26,060 nucleotides of DNA from Craspedostauros australis (Eukaryota). The position numbers and the translations under genes were made by a program. Where the stretch lies: NCBI GenBank assembly GCA_030167865.1, contig JALAGF010000577.1, forward strand, positions 62,001-88,060, read 5' to 3'. Within the stretch, counting starts at the first letter, position 1. Each line of letters starts with the position of its first letter. The notes below the pieces were generated by a model that was given only the letters and a program-made list of their open reading frames with translations, was not told the origin of the DNA and ran no database searches. Positions 9,988-21,700 of this stretch are shown piece after piece.

Positions 9988-12702
9988 ATGCACCCACCAA
10001 ACGGATCGACGATGTTTGACTTGGAAAGAGACTCGTCTCCACCTTCCGGCCATCCGTCATCTCGTGCCCAATCGGCACGCAGAGGCAAAGTCGGCACAGC
10101 CATGATGAGGACAGCGATGGCTGTTCTGTGCATCTCCAATGTCGCATCCATGGCATTGGCCGATCTCGACGTGTACAAGGAAATCAACGAAAAGCTATCC
10201 ACCACAGAGGCGCAGGAGATCATGAACGGCTTCGTCCTGACCGTGCGGAACGGCAGCATCTTCCGTCGGTCCACTGAGTACCAATGGGGGGACTTCATGA
10301 AGGCCTACAGCCAGATCACCGGCGATCCCGATGCCAACACGCTGGCGGGGCGCCAATTCTTGAATGGCGGCTCCGCCAAGGCGGGCATCGTCAACATCGC
10401 GCTGTTCATTGCGCAATCCCTGCACGAGTCCATCCAGTACGACGCGTGCGACGAAAACAACTACAGCGCCGACGTCCCGGGCATCCCTGATTATCCCATC
10501 TCCTCCGCTTGCGGGCAAAATGGACAGGACTACACCAAGTACACATGCTTCGGACCCGAGGGTCCCAACAACCGGAATGTGGAATGCCCCGTGGATCTCG
10601 ACATGCAGATCCAGGCCCGAACCAACGCTCTTTGGGGTGGTTCTCCGCCTCCGCTGTTTTGCGCGCCACGCTCCGAAACGGGAGGCGGAACGCCGCGATG
10701 GGACAGCACCCCAAACTGCGTCGGAAAGCCAACTGGGACGATCCCAATCCCAGAATTCCCCCAGCCTTACCTTGAAGACGCTCTTCAAAAGGGTACGGGT
10801 GAGCTGCTGTGCAATGCCTACACGGGGCAATCCGTGGGAAAGTTCACATCGGAGGGATGCGACGCCGAGATCGGATGCCCCAACGCGGTGACCATCGATA
10901 CCCAGGGCGGCACTGTCCACACCGACGTCGAGGGATGCTGCTGGTGGGGACGCGGTGTCATCCAGACAACGGGCCCTTGCAACACCGGTCGGTTCAATTA
11001 CTACCTCACAGGAACGTACTATGACGAGAATGGCCTGCCGCAGAAGGAGAAGGAGGGCAACTACCCTTACCCCGATCTCAACCTCTGCACGGATCCTGGC
11101 CTCATCTGCAACGGTCCCGGCGAACTCAAATGGACCTCCGGCTTGTTCTTCTGGCTCTTCAGCGTGGAGGGCTACTCCAACCCGACCAACTACGACTATG
11201 ACCACGAGCTGCTCCTGGAGGAGTTAGGTGAGGCCATCTTCGACTACCCTCCCAGCGGCCGCGATTTCGTCGACCTAGTCAGCGGTCTCATCAACCGTGG
11301 ATGCCCAGCGGTAGAGTGCCCCGCCGGGCCTGTGCTGGCCTTGGAGGATCGATACAAGAACTTCATCAAGACCATGGAGGCATTGAAGCACGTGTACGAT
11401 CCAAGCACCTACCCCAAGCCAGCCGGGGAACCTGCGGGGCCGTACCTCGGTCCGTGGTTCTCTCCCCAAGTACTGTGCGAGCCGTGCAAGGACATGCCAA
11501 ATGCCGACTGTGGTTTGACATGGTATCAAACCAACAGCCCAGTCTGCGTTGGATGGGCGCAAAGCCCCGAAAACTGTGCGGCATCTGGTGGCGTGGCAAC
11601 TGCCTGGTGCGCTGGGGTGGATTTCAGTGATCAACCATCGCAGGCACCTGTCGCGACCAAGGCACCAGCAACCACCCCACCCACCGACGCGCCGGTCAAT
11701 GCCGATTCGGCCATGCCAACGAATGCAGACACTCACGCGCCAACGAATGCTGATTCGGCCATGCCAACGAATGCTGACACTCAGACGCCAACGAATGCCG
11801 ATTCGGCCATGCCAACGAATGCAGACACTCACACGCCAACGAATGCCGATTCGGCCATGCCAACGAATACAGACACTCACGCGCCAACGAATGCTGATTC
11901 GGCCATTCCAACGAATGCAGACACTCACACGCCAACGAATGCCGATTCGGCCATGCCAACGAATGCAGACACCCATCTGCCCACTATGGCAACTGCTTCA
12001 CCATCGTTCGCTGATATCCCCATCAAAGACTTCGGCGATCCTCCCAAGGAGAGCGATTTCCCTCTCTCCCTCTGCGAAGGTGACTGCGACGCCAACGACG
12101 ACTGCGAAGCGGGCTTGGTCTGCTTCCAGCGCGGCGCTAACCAGCCAGTTCCCGGGTGCATCGGAGCCCCGAGCTCCCGCACGGACTTTTGCGTTCCGCC
12201 ATCCAAGATCCCCGACGCAGATCTTCCAATCAAGGATTACGGTGGCTCTCCTGATATTATCCTCGGTCGCTGCGAGGGTGATTGCGATTCCGACTCCGAT
12301 TGCAAGCCCGGTCTCAGGTGCTATCAACGATCTAAAGGCCAATCCATCCCTGGATGCTACGGCGAATTGGGATCCAACAGCGACTTTTGCATTCCCAAGA
12401 CCGATACGACGGCCCCCGTGACGATGCCGACCAGCTCACCGAACAGCAGCAAGCCGAAGCGAATGCAAATCGTGGACTACGGCAGCACGCCCAAACCGGA
12501 AGACCTTCCGTTGGAACGTTGTGCTGGCGATTGCGATAATCATACTCAGTGTGCCGACGGCCTGGAGTGCTTTCAACGCGATGCTGGCAAGCCTGTGCCT
12601 GGATGTGATGGACCGTTGGGGTCCAACAGTGATTTCTGCGTCATCCCTGGATTGACGGACGATGACTACGAAGACAGTCGCCGCAACCGATTGAGGCATT
12701 AG
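9988..12702 (+). CDS. Secreted GH19 chitinase-like protein fused to a Cys-rich module, a PT-rich repeat linker and three frustulin acidic cysteine-rich (ACR) domains
   Basis: Single long ORF with in-frame ATGs at 9988, 10012 and 10102; the last opens a signal-peptide-like MMRTAMAVLCISNVASMALA. GH19 motifs are IALFIAQSLHES (Glu codon 10426) and CCWWGRGVIQTTG..N. The C-terminus has three copies of C(E/A)GDCDxxxxCxxGLxC(F/Y)QRxxxxx(V/I)PGCxGxxxSxxDFC. Confidence 0.85.
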   Translation: MHPPNGSTMFDLERDSSPPSGHPSSRAQSARRGKVGTAMMRTAMAVLCISNVASMALADLDVYKEINEKLSTTEAQEIMNGFVLTVRNGSIFRRSTEYQWGDFMKAYSQITGDPDANTLAGRQFLNGGSAKAGIVNIALFIAQSLHESIQYDACDENNYSADVPGIPDYPISSACGQNGQDYTKYTCFGPEGPNNRNVECPVDLDMQIQARTNALWGGSPPPLFCAPRSETGGGTPRWDSTPNCVGKPTGTIPIPEFPQPYLEDALQKGTGELLCNAYTGQSVGKFTSEGCDAEIGCPNAVTIDTQGGTVHTDVEGCCWWGRGVIQTTGPCNTGRFNYYLTGTYYDENGLPQKEKEGNYPYPDLNLCTDPGLICNGPGELKWTSGLFFWLFSVEGYSNPTNYDYDHELLLEELGEAIFDYPPSGRDFVDLVSGLINRGCPAVECPAGPVLALEDRYKNFIKTMEALKHVYDPSTYPKPAGEPAGPYLGPWFSPQVLCEPCKDMPNADCGLTWYQTNSPVCVGWAQSPENCAASGGVATAWCAGVDFSDQPSQAPVATKAPATTPPTDAPVNADSAMPTNADTHAPTNADSAMPTNADTQTPTNADSAMPTNADTHTPTNADSAMPTNTDTHAPTNADSAIPTNADTHTPTNADSAMPTNADTHLPTMATASPSFADIPIKDFGDPPKESDFPLSLCEGDCDANDDCEAGLVCFQRGANQPVPGCIGAPSSRTDFCVPPSKIPDADLPIKDYGGSPDIILGRCEGDCDSDSDCKPGLRCYQRSKGQSIPGCYGELGSNSDFCIPKTDTTAPVTMPTSSPNSSKPKRMQIVDYGSTPKPEDLPLERCAGDCDNHTQCADGLECFQRDAGKPVPGCDGPLGSNSDFCVIPGLTDDDYEDSRRNRLRH
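11698..11973 (+). repeat. Coding minisatellite: alternating 24-bp subunits (48-bp period) encoding PTNADSAM/PTNADTHT
   Basis: CCAACGAATGC recurs every 24 bp, about six higher-order units, in frame within the chitinase ORF. Confidence 0.95.
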
Positions 12703-13235
12703 AGACGGAATCCAGTTTACGGCCGTGCGTGTAGAGCGTGGCATAGAACAGTCAGTGTGGAAGATTTGCATGCATGCATGCATCTCTACCCGTATGCGTG
12801 CCAATTGACATACTATTATTATCTATCGTGCCATATTCGTAAGAGATTCCCCAACTGTTAATTTGTAACCATCGATCTGTGCTTGTACGTTATTGCGTTT
12901 CAGATTGCATCTGCCAAAGTTGCTGAATTGTCCAAGCAAGGCGTGTGTGCTATCATATTCGTATTCGTACCATACAACGCAGTTGGACGTGAACACTTGG
13001 GCACCTCCACAGCAAATGCAAATGATGGTTGGTTGCATGTTCTCTGGCCGTATCACGAGTACGTCATGTTTGGCAAAGCTCCGGATCATCTCTCCACTTA
13101 CACGTACAATCTATGAGTAGAGAGTTCAGCACTGCTTCTTAAGAAGAGAATCTTGACTACACCATATCCTGAGAGGACTCAACGCAGGACACTTACTTGC
13201 AGTGGTACACTCGCAGTAGTGCACTCGCACGGATC

Positions 13236-16200
13236 TTACATCCCAATCCTCCCTCGCTTCTTCGGCATGAAACGCGAATTCTTGTTGGTCACGCGTCGGC
13301 CAGGGGTGATCATCGTCAAGCCTCCCGACGATCCTCCCCTTCTTTTGAATGACGCAGAACGCTTCTTTTCTTCCTCTTCCTCATCCTTCTTGGCCTTTTC
13401 GTCCGCCTCTTCCCTCATCTTGCGCTTCGCGACCAGCTGCTTTTCCATTTTGACCTTTTCCAACTTCTTCTCCTGTCGGCGCTTCAGCGTGGCCTCGAAG
13501 GATTCCTTGATGGAGAAGAACATGGGACCCAATTCGGCCAACCATTCTCCCTCCACGGACGTGACGCAGGACATGTACTCCTTCGTCGTGCTGATGAGTT
13601 CGTGGTAACACACGTAGTCGGGCGTGAAACCAAGACCGAACAACGCGCTCGAAGGATGCAAGGCAGATGGGATCCCGGACAGCATGTTGATGTATTCGCC
13701 GATCCCCTTGATCTTGGAGCTGTTGCAAAAGTAGGCGGAGCAGATGGCCTTGCGCACCGCGTCCCACGATCCACCGCAGCTCATGGGTTCGAGCCTTTGT
13801 TGCTTCATCAAGTCCACGAGCTGGGCATGCACCTCTCTGGCCTTGCGGATGCCCTTGGCGTGGATGAAGTGCCTGGCGCACCACTCCGGATCGAAGCGGA
13901 ATTGCTTGGCACGGAGGTAGACGTTGAGGAGGGTGAGGTGGTCCGATTCCGGCACGAAGAACTTCTCACGCGCCGCATCGGACTCTTCCTCACGGTCCTT
14001 GGGACGGAAGAAGACGCTGGGGACGCTGAGCATGCTGACGACGACCAGGACCTCCGTCGAGCACTCTCCATGCTCGTGAGCGTATAGCAGCATCTTGCTG
14101 AGGGATGGGTCTAACGGGAACTCCACCATGCGACGTCCCAGATCGGTGAGATCGCCAGTGTTGTCGAGCGCACCGAGGATCCACAGCTGGTACAACGAGC
14201 TCCGGATGTTGTCTTGCGGCGGTGGGTCCATGAAATCGAACTCCAACAAATTTCCAATCCCCAACGACTTGAGCAGTAGGACGACGTTGCTGAGATTCGT
14301 GCGCTGGATTTCAGGAACCGCCGTCTCCATCAGCTCGTCTCGGAACTGTCGATCCGTGTAGAGGCGGAAGCAGAATCCCGGCCCGGTACGTCCGGCACGA
14401 CCGCTGCGCTGGTTTGCATTGGCCTTGCTCACGGGCGTGACGAGCAGCGCGTCCATACCGATCTTGGAATTGTACACCTTGAGTTTGCAATACCCCGAGT
14501 CAATGACGTATCGAATACCGTCAACCGTCAAACTGGTTTCTGCCACGTTGGTGGATACGACGCACTTGCGAATGCCTTTGCCGGCAGCTTCGAAGATCTT
14601 GGCCTGCAGGTCGGCGGGCAGTTGTGAGTACATGGGAAGCACTAGGAGAGGTGGCAGATCTTCACCCAAGGTCTGCATCTTCTCAGCCAGCAGCGTGCAG
14701 GTTCCTTCGATGTCTTCCTGTCCAGTCATGAAGATAAGGATGTCGCCAGGTGGGCTGTTGAAGTGGATCTGGAGCGCCTGCTTGACAGCGGCCATCACGT
14801 AGTCCTCCTGGACGGATTTGGCGTAGTAGGTCTCGACGGGGAATGTCCTGCCTGGAATGCGGAAGATGGGAGCGCCGCCGAAGTAGTCGCTGAACACGTC
14901 GGCACTGAGCGTGGCGGACGTGACGATGAGCTTCAAATCCGAACGACGCGCCACGACCTTTCGAAGAACTCCAAACAGGACGTCGCTGTTGAGCGAGCGC
15001 TCGTGCGCTTCATCCATGACCAGGGCGCTGTACTTGTTCAGATCCGGGTCGTTCAAGCTCTCGCGCAGCAGCACACCATCCGTCATGTACTTGATCTTGG
15101 TGTGTTCCGTGGTGCAGTCCTCGAAGCGAATAGCGTACCCGACGGTGCCTCCGAGCTCCTCCTTCTTGCCGGGTTCCTTGTTGCTGTCCACCACGCCTGC
15201 AGTCACCTCTTCGCTGACACGCTTGGCAACGCTCATGGCGGCCACGCGACGGGGCTGCGTGCAGCCGACGGTCCCAAAGTCGCCGTATCCTTCCTCCAGC
15301 AGGTATTGCGTCAGCTGCGTCGTCTTTCCGGAACCCGTCTCACCGACAATAATGATGACGGAGTTCTCTCGAATGACGTTAAGCATATCATCCCGTACCG
15401 TGAAGACGGGCAGGTACTCTCGCTGCTGCCGGATCGTCTTGGTCTTGGCGAATGCCGAAACGGCCTCGTTCGATGGCTTTTCCTTCATGTGCTTGGCAAA
15501 TCCGGATGACTTCTTGTAGTCAATCTCGCCATTCTCGGTGGTGCTGTCCTGCGCGCCCTGCTTCGTCTTCTCGTCGCCGTTCTCGTCCGTCTCCTTGACG
15601 CCGACGACATCTCCCATGCGCGTGCCGCCGAGCTCCCAGAATTTCTGACGCATGGTGTGCTTTTCCTTGTTGGCGCGCAGGTATCGCAGAATCGCGGATC
15701 CTTCGCGTGCCATCTTGGCAAAGTCGGAGCTGGAATCCCTGACGGTGGGGACGGATTCGCGGATGGTGGAGAAGGAGACACGTCCGTCAAGGAAGGGCGG
15801 TTGGACTTGGTGCACCAGCAGCGTGACGCGTGTGTCCTGTTCGGAGGCCACGTGATCAAGATCGATCTCCTGACGCATGCCCGCTCCGCTCTGCAGCAAC
15901 CGGCTCTCCTCCCACCGATTCTGATCATCGTTCATTGCAGACTTGCGAGGGTTGAATTTGTTTCGACGCTTCTTGTCCATGTCATTTTCGCGGGCCTTCG
16001 TCTTGTCGTTCTCGAAGAGGAAGCGTCCCAGATCTTCGCCGCCCGCGCCGGGATCATTGTCGAGGACGTAGCCGCCTTCCTCCTGGTCCATGTAGAAGCT
16101 GCGATCGAAGTCATCGCCTTGCTGCTTTTCGATCTTTGCGACTTCTTCCGCGTTGCCGTTGCTGGGAACGCGCATGGGCGTTTCCGAATCTCGGAACGAT

Positions 16201-16550
16201 CGTCTGCGGCTGCGAGATTCGCGGTTGCGAAATTGGGAGTTGCGGTCGGAATTGCGGTCCTCACCACGGTCGTCATTACGGTCGTAGTTGCGGTCCTGAT
16301 TCCTGGGCTGGAAGCCACGTTCCGTATCTCGGCCACGAAACTGAGAGCCACGTTCCCTGTCGCGAAACTGGGATCCACGCTCTTGCTGACGAGATTGCGA
16401 GCCTCGATCCCGGTCACGAAACTGGGAGCCACGCTCTTGACTCCGGTGATTGCTGCGATGGTTGCTGTGGTGACGACGCATGCTGCCGTTGTGGCGTCGG
16501 TCGCGATCGTCATCCCGGTTTCTGGGATAGCCGTCATCTCTGCTGCTCAT
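13236..16550 (-). CDS. PRP16: Pre-mRNA splicing factor DEAH-box RNA helicase PRP16/DHX38, 1104 aa, apparently intronless
   Basis: Motifs [38 protein letters not shown] and QRSGRAGR, plus HA2/OB-type C-terminus. N-terminal region ([37 protein letters not shown]) is typical of Prp16 rather than Prp22/43; RD/RS-rich N-terminus. Confidence 0.93.
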   Translation of the reverse strand: MSSRDDGYPRNRDDDRDRRHNGSMRRHHSNHRSNHRSQERGSQFRDRDRGSQSRQQERGSQFRDRERGSQFRGRDTERGFQPRNQDRNYDRNDDRGEDRNSDRNSQFRNRESRSRRRSFRDSETPMRVPSNGNAEEVAKIEKQQGDDFDRSFYMDQEEGGYVLDNDPGAGGEDLGRFLFENDKTKARENDMDKKRRNKFNPRKSAMNDDQNRWEESRLLQSGAGMRQEIDLDHVASEQDTRVTLLVHQVQPPFLDGRVSFSTIRESVPTVRDSSSDFAKMAREGSAILRYLRANKEKHTMRQKFWELGGTRMGDVVGVKETDENGDEKTKQGAQDSTTENGEIDYKKSSGFAKHMKEKPSNEAVSAFAKTKTIRQQREYLPVFTVRDDMLNVIRENSVIIIVGETGSGKTTQLTQYLLEEGYGDFGTVGCTQPRRVAAMSVAKRVSEEVTAGVVDSNKEPGKKEELGGTVGYAIRFEDCTTEHTKIKYMTDGVLLRESLNDPDLNKYSALVMDEAHERSLNSDVLFGVLRKVVARRSDLKLIVTSATLSADVFSDYFGGAPIFRIPGRTFPVETYYAKSVQEDYVMAAVKQALQIHFNSPPGDILIFMTGQEDIEGTCTLLAEKMQTLGEDLPPLLVLPMYSQLPADLQAKIFEAAGKGIRKCVVSTNVAETSLTVDGIRYVIDSGYCKLKVYNSKIGMDALLVTPVSKANANQRSGRAGRTGPGFCFRLYTDRQFRDELMETAVPEIQRTNLSNVVLLLKSLGIGNLLEFDFMDPPPQDNIRSSLYQLWILGALDNTGDLTDLGRRMVEFPLDPSLSKMLLYAHEHGECSTEVLVVVSMLSVPSVFFRPKDREEESDAAREKFFVPESDHLTLLNVYLRAKQFRFDPEWCARHFIHAKGIRKAREVHAQLVDLMKQQRLEPMSCGGSWDAVRKAICSAYFCNSSKIKGIGEYINMLSGIPSALHPSSALFGLGFTPDYVCYHELISTTKEYMSCVTSVEGEWLAELGPMFFSIKESFEATLKRRQEKKLEKVKMEKQLVAKRKMREEADEKAKKDEEEEEKKRSASFKRRGGSSGGLTMITPGRRVTNKNSRFMPKKRGRIGM

Positions 16551-17383
16551 GGTTGCTTGTCAGTTGCTCTGAACTCGAAGTGAGAAGAGTGGAAAGAAAA
16601 AGAGCAAAGAGTGCACGCGCCGTATTCTGATGTGATTTGTTTGGGCCGTTTCGATTACTCTGCGACGATCTGCTCGATGCGATGAGCAGGTGGGTGCGAG
16701 GTGTTGATTGTGGATGTGCGATGACCCGTTCATTGTTTGTGCTCATGTTGGTGATGTGGGAGATGATGGTCAACCAAGGAAATGCAGAAAGATGTGCCAA
16801 CACTTCGGTTGGATGGCCTCTCTGTGATGTCTGCCCATGCATCCGTATCTTTGACCGTGAATGGCTTCATCCGAATCACGAGTTATGCGAATTCCCACAA
16901 CATCGCAATTGATGATGTGTCAGTTTGCGAAGTGACGTTGTCGCCGTCGTGATGATGTGGTTTGGGCGTTTCTCACGTGTTGCATGAGGGTGTTCCAAAC
17001 AGTTCCAAAACAAGAACGGAAATGATCAAACCGTTGGCGAAGTTACGAGATGGGCTTGCAAGCACACGAGAGCGTGGGTGTTGCACGAATGATTGGGGGC
17101 GGAGCAACGTGGCTTGTGTTCGGTCCCATCAACACACCACACACACATGCTTTGTTCTCGATAAGTATTGCCACCACGAGCAGAGTACTTCGAAGATCCT
17201 CGGCCCTCCCTGCCACCATCTTGCCCATAAAACAACATCAACAGCAACAACCAAGGCCACCAATCAATCAATCAATCAATCGACCAAGACGTGAAGCAAA
17301 TCAATTCCAATCCAACGCACCCATCAAACTCCAACATTCATTCACTCGTTCATTCATTCGTCCATCCTCGTAATCACATCATC

Positions 17384-17962
17384 ATGGGAAATTCAGCCAG
17401 CGCCAACCTCCCCAAGCTCCAGGTGGTCCCCAACTGCGAGACCGCCCAGGTGATGGGACGACCATGGTTCGTCATCGGCGTCAAGCCAACGGCCTTCGAG
17501 ACCACCTGCTCCAACGCCGTGGAACGCTACACCCTGCTGGAGGGCAAGTCGCACGACATCAACATCGACTTTCAGTACAACGATAAGGACCCCATCACAT
17601 CGAAGCTCAAGTCGTTGCCGCAGAAGGGATGGATCCAAGGCGACCGCGAGAACTCCGGCCTGTGGAAGGTCAGCCCCGTCTGGCCGATCAAGATGCCGTA
17701 CAATATCATCGAAGTGGATGACAAGGACTACTCGTACATGGTGGTGGGATATCCAAGCCGTGCGTACTGCTGGATTTTGGGCCGCGAACCTACCATGGAT
17801 GATGACCTCTACAACGACCTCACCAACCGACTGAAAGAGAAGCACCAGTACACGTTGGATGGTCTGCGCAAGGTGCCGCAGGTGTGGACGAAGGACGAAA
17901 GAGAAAAGAGAGGCCTCAGCAAGGAGGAACTGCCGGATAAATTCCTCACGTCGAAGCCATGA
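17384..17962 (+). CDS. Lipocalin (Blc/ApoD/TIL-like), 192 aa
   Basis: SCR1-like MGRPWFVI, SCR2-like DDKDYSYMVVG, SCR3 WILGR.P. ATG in ATCATGG context after a CA-rich leader. N-terminus MGNSAS. Confidence 0.88.
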   Translation: MGNSASANLPKLQVVPNCETAQVMGRPWFVIGVKPTAFETTCSNAVERYTLLEGKSHDINIDFQYNDKDPITSKLKSLPQKGWIQGDRENSGLWKVSPVWPIKMPYNIIEVDDKDYSYMVVGYPSRAYCWILGREPTMDDDLYNDLTNRLKEKHQYTLDGLRKVPQVWTKDEREKRGLSKEELPDKFLTSKP

Positions 17963-18280
17963 ACAGGATGTTTGATCATCTCAGAGAGCGTCTCCAATTG
18001 AACCCTTGTAAATAAATTCTAGAAACCATGTTGATAGCAGCCACACAGATGTTCGGCCGTCGTGAGTATGCATGTTGCTCGTACGAAGAGTGGGCGGCGG
18101 AGTGCGGAGCACTTGATGCCTCCCTGTGATCCGAGGACAAGTGCGATCCAAGATGCCGCTGTTGCAAATGGGAGCCCTGAATTGGATTGGTGATGAAGAT
18201 AGTGCGATTGATGAATGAATGGCAATGCTCTTGAATGTGCCAGTACTCCAAGCAATCGCAAGATGATGACCCCACGAGCG

Positions 18281-18611
18281 TTTGGCGGAAACACTCGACA
18301 TCATCGGTATGTTCGGTTGGTTGCGTCATAGTATTGATACAGCATCGTATCAATGGAGCAGAGTTGATGCGACCGGATTGGCATCAACAAATATATCTAT
18401 GTTTGTTACTTTTAGACTTATATATTGGGGGCGGTGTAGTAGTCAGTTGAATCAAATTATCTTTCTTCACCCCATTTTGGTTCGCGCCAAACGATTTTGG
18501 CGAACGACCCCCATTTTTTGTTTCCGGCGATGGATTCGCCAACACTCACGAACAAAACGACGACAACAACAACGACAGAACACGTGATTTTCCTCCAACG
18601 CTGTTTCGCGC
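18281..18611. promoter_or_regulatory. Cluster of E2F-like sites (TTTSSCGS) upstream of POLA1
   Basis: TTTGGCGG at 18281-18288, GCGCCAAA (reverse complement TTTGGCGC) at 18484-18491, near-match TTTGGCGA at 18496-18503, and TTTCGCGC at 18604-18611. All lie within 500 bp of the ATG of a classic E2F target gene. Confidence 0.55.
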
Positions 18612-18778
18612 GCTTTCTTGTTGTCAACCACACTGACCTGACCAAAAAAGCAATCGCAAGGACCACAACAAAGAGGGAATCAACAACAAGGAAACAAAGA
18701 AGCCAGCAAGCGTTGGTTGACACAACAGTCTGCGTCAAATCTCACCAAGGCATTGAAGCATTGAGGCATCAAGACACC

Positions 18779-21700
18779 ATGTCCAGTTCCGGATCATCGT
18801 CACGCAAGGCGCGCAAGGCCGCGTTGAGCAAGTACAAGCAGGCCAAGCAACGCCGCGATGCTGGAATGTCGGTTGTGGACGATGTCTTCGACGAGCAAAT
18901 GAAGGGGATGGACGACGACGTCTACGATCTCGTCAGCAACGAGCAGTACCAGGACATGGTCGAGAAGCGCCGCCAACGAGAAGACTTTGTCGTTGATGAT
19001 GGTACGTTGCTTGCTTGTGGTATGCTCTGTGCCTCTTCACATGTTGCGTTCTGCCGGCGCGTCCTATCCATGTGCTCTGCAACGCATCTGCGCATCTGTG
19101 ATCTCCCCAATGCTTCACGCTTATTCCATGTCTCATCGTATGTCTCATTGTATTCACCACATCTTTCGGCATCACCCGCCAACGCATTTTACTCAACAAC
19201 AACAACAACAAATCGTCACCACGAACAGATGGCCTGGGATACTACGACGACGGAGAAGAGAAGCTGGGAGATGAGATGGGGAGCAACGCTCCAGCGCGCA
19301 AGCGCAACAGTACAGCCGCGTTGACCTCCGCAACCTTGAAGAAGGCACGCAGGGCCAAGGCAGCAATGCGCGGATCGAAGAAGAGCAACAGTCTTGGAGC
19401 CACCGCCGAGAATGAGAATGATGGCGACGATCTGCGTGACAATCGCAGCATTTGGGACTTTGTGCAGCGTGGTGGACCATCGTCCGTCAACAAGAGCACG
19501 GCGCGCAAGTTTGAAAGTCGCGTGCGCAGCAACGGCGGTGGTGCCTTCTCCAGTAATATGGGCACGAACAACGTGGACGACTTGCTGAAGCAGCTGGATG
19601 ATACCGATGATGTTGCAGTTCGGAGCAGCCGAGGCGGCAGGGGTCGTCATTCCTCGCATGGTACACGAGGCCGCCGAGGTCGCGACAACCGCGCATCTAT
19701 GAGATCCAAATACTCTCGACCCAAGCCATCCAGTAGAAACCACGACAGCCACGACGATGGTGCGGATGGTGACAACTTTGACGATGATGATAACGACGAC
19801 CACAACAATTCACTTCTTGTTGCAGGTGATGACGACGCCGACGAAACGGCCGAGGATGATCGCAACGAGGGTGGTGCCGCTGACGCAGCCACAATCGATG
19901 TATCCAACACCAATGCCAAGCACGCCAAACACGATACCGAAGATATGGAGGAAGATGGCAAAGTGGAATCATCTGCCAGCGCAGTCACGAAGGTTGCTGA
20001 AGGTAGCAGTGACAACAACGGCAGCACCAGCACCACGGAAGATGGTAAGCAATCGTCCGCTGATGGAGATGGTAACGACGTCACAGCAGAAAGCAAACAG
20101 GCCAAGGCACCGGCGCGGCGCCTTGCCCGACCAAAGTTGGGGGTTCGCTCTGCACCAGCTCAAAAGCTGATTGATGAACAGAAGAAGAAACAACAGCAGC
20201 AACAGCAAACGCAGATGCAAAAGGAACGAGAGGCCACCGCCAACAAGCAGAACAAGCCAGCGACGAAGCTGTCCACAGTCGTCATTCCAGACACTCTCTC
20301 TCCGTCCTTCCGTCCAGACGAGATCGCTGCCGAGGCCACGACTGCCACACCGGCCACCAACACCACCCTAGAGCAGTACTTGCACACCAAAGAATCAAAA
20401 GCCACCGATGGCAACGATGATGGCGAGCAGGGTGGCAACGGCGAATGTGGTCAGTACCTCGACATGTTCTGGTTGGATGCGAAGGAAGTCGAAGGCGAGA
20501 TTCTACTCTTCGGAAAAATCCAATCGAAGGCTTCCCAGCAGGCATCGTCCAAGAACACATCCGCCGGCGTCGGCGCAGGCAGCCACGCCAAGTTCGAAAG
20601 CTGTTGCGTGACCGTGAAGGGCAACATGCGCAATCTCTTCGTTCTGCCGCGCAAGGATCCAGCCACCGGAGAGCCTGCCGGCATGATGGAGGTCCATCAA
20701 GAAATTAAGTCGATCCTGCATGCCTCATGCATCCCGAAGCAGGCCGGATCTCAGTTCGGTGCCAAGATGGTGAAGCGCAAGTACGCCTTCGAGGATTCGG
20801 ATGTCCCTCGTGACGCAACCGATTACCTCAAGGTGGTGTACGATGCAAAGCATAGGGCACCGCCTGCCGACGTTTGCCGCGCGGGCGGCACGCACATCCA
20901 GAGGATCATGAACGGCGGTGCCAGCGTGCTGGAAACCTTCCTGCTGAAGCGCAAGCTCATGGGCCCATGCTGGATCCGCATCAGCAACCCGACGGCGCTG
21001 TCTCGCTTCTGCAGATCCTGGTGCCAAATCGACGTCGCCATCGATTCTCCGAAGCAGATCTGCCGTCTCGACAAGGCCGTCCCCAACGGCACGCCGGCAA
21101 GACCAGCACCACCGGTCGTCACCGTCACGATGAAGATCAAGTCCATCGTCAATGCGAAGACGCACAAGAATGAGATCGTGTCCGTGAGCGCGGTGTGTCA
21201 CAAGCAGGTTTGGTTGGATTCATCTACGGATGAAACCAAGAAGAGCCACATGACCCAGCTGTCCCTGATCCGACCAATCCACACCGAGGAATCCACGGAC
21301 ATTCGGGGCATCGCCAAGTTCCCACGCGACATCAACGGCGAAATCAAGCGTCGCATGCCGCAGCTCCAGATGATGCCAAACGAGTACGCTCTCCTGAACC
21401 GCTTGGTGACTCAGATCGGAGTGTGGGATCCAGACGTCCTCGTCGGCCACAACGCCTACGGTCACGATCTGCACGTGCTGCTGTCCAGATGCGTGGAGAA
21501 GGGCGTCAAGATGTGGTCGAAGGTTGGGCGATTCCGTCGCATGCAGGCTCCTCACAGGACCCGTTTCACGTCCGGCAAGGATTGGGCCATCATGGACGCG
21601 GTGGCAGGTCGCGTGGTGTGCGATACCTATCTCAGCTCCAGGGAGCACCTTCGCGAAACCACGTACTCTCTCAAGCATCTCTCCGAGACGCAGCTCAAGA

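Noticed and set aside
11698-11973. Regularly spaced repeats as a CRISPR array
   Set aside because: No unique spacers, in-frame coding, eukaryotic context, no cas genes.
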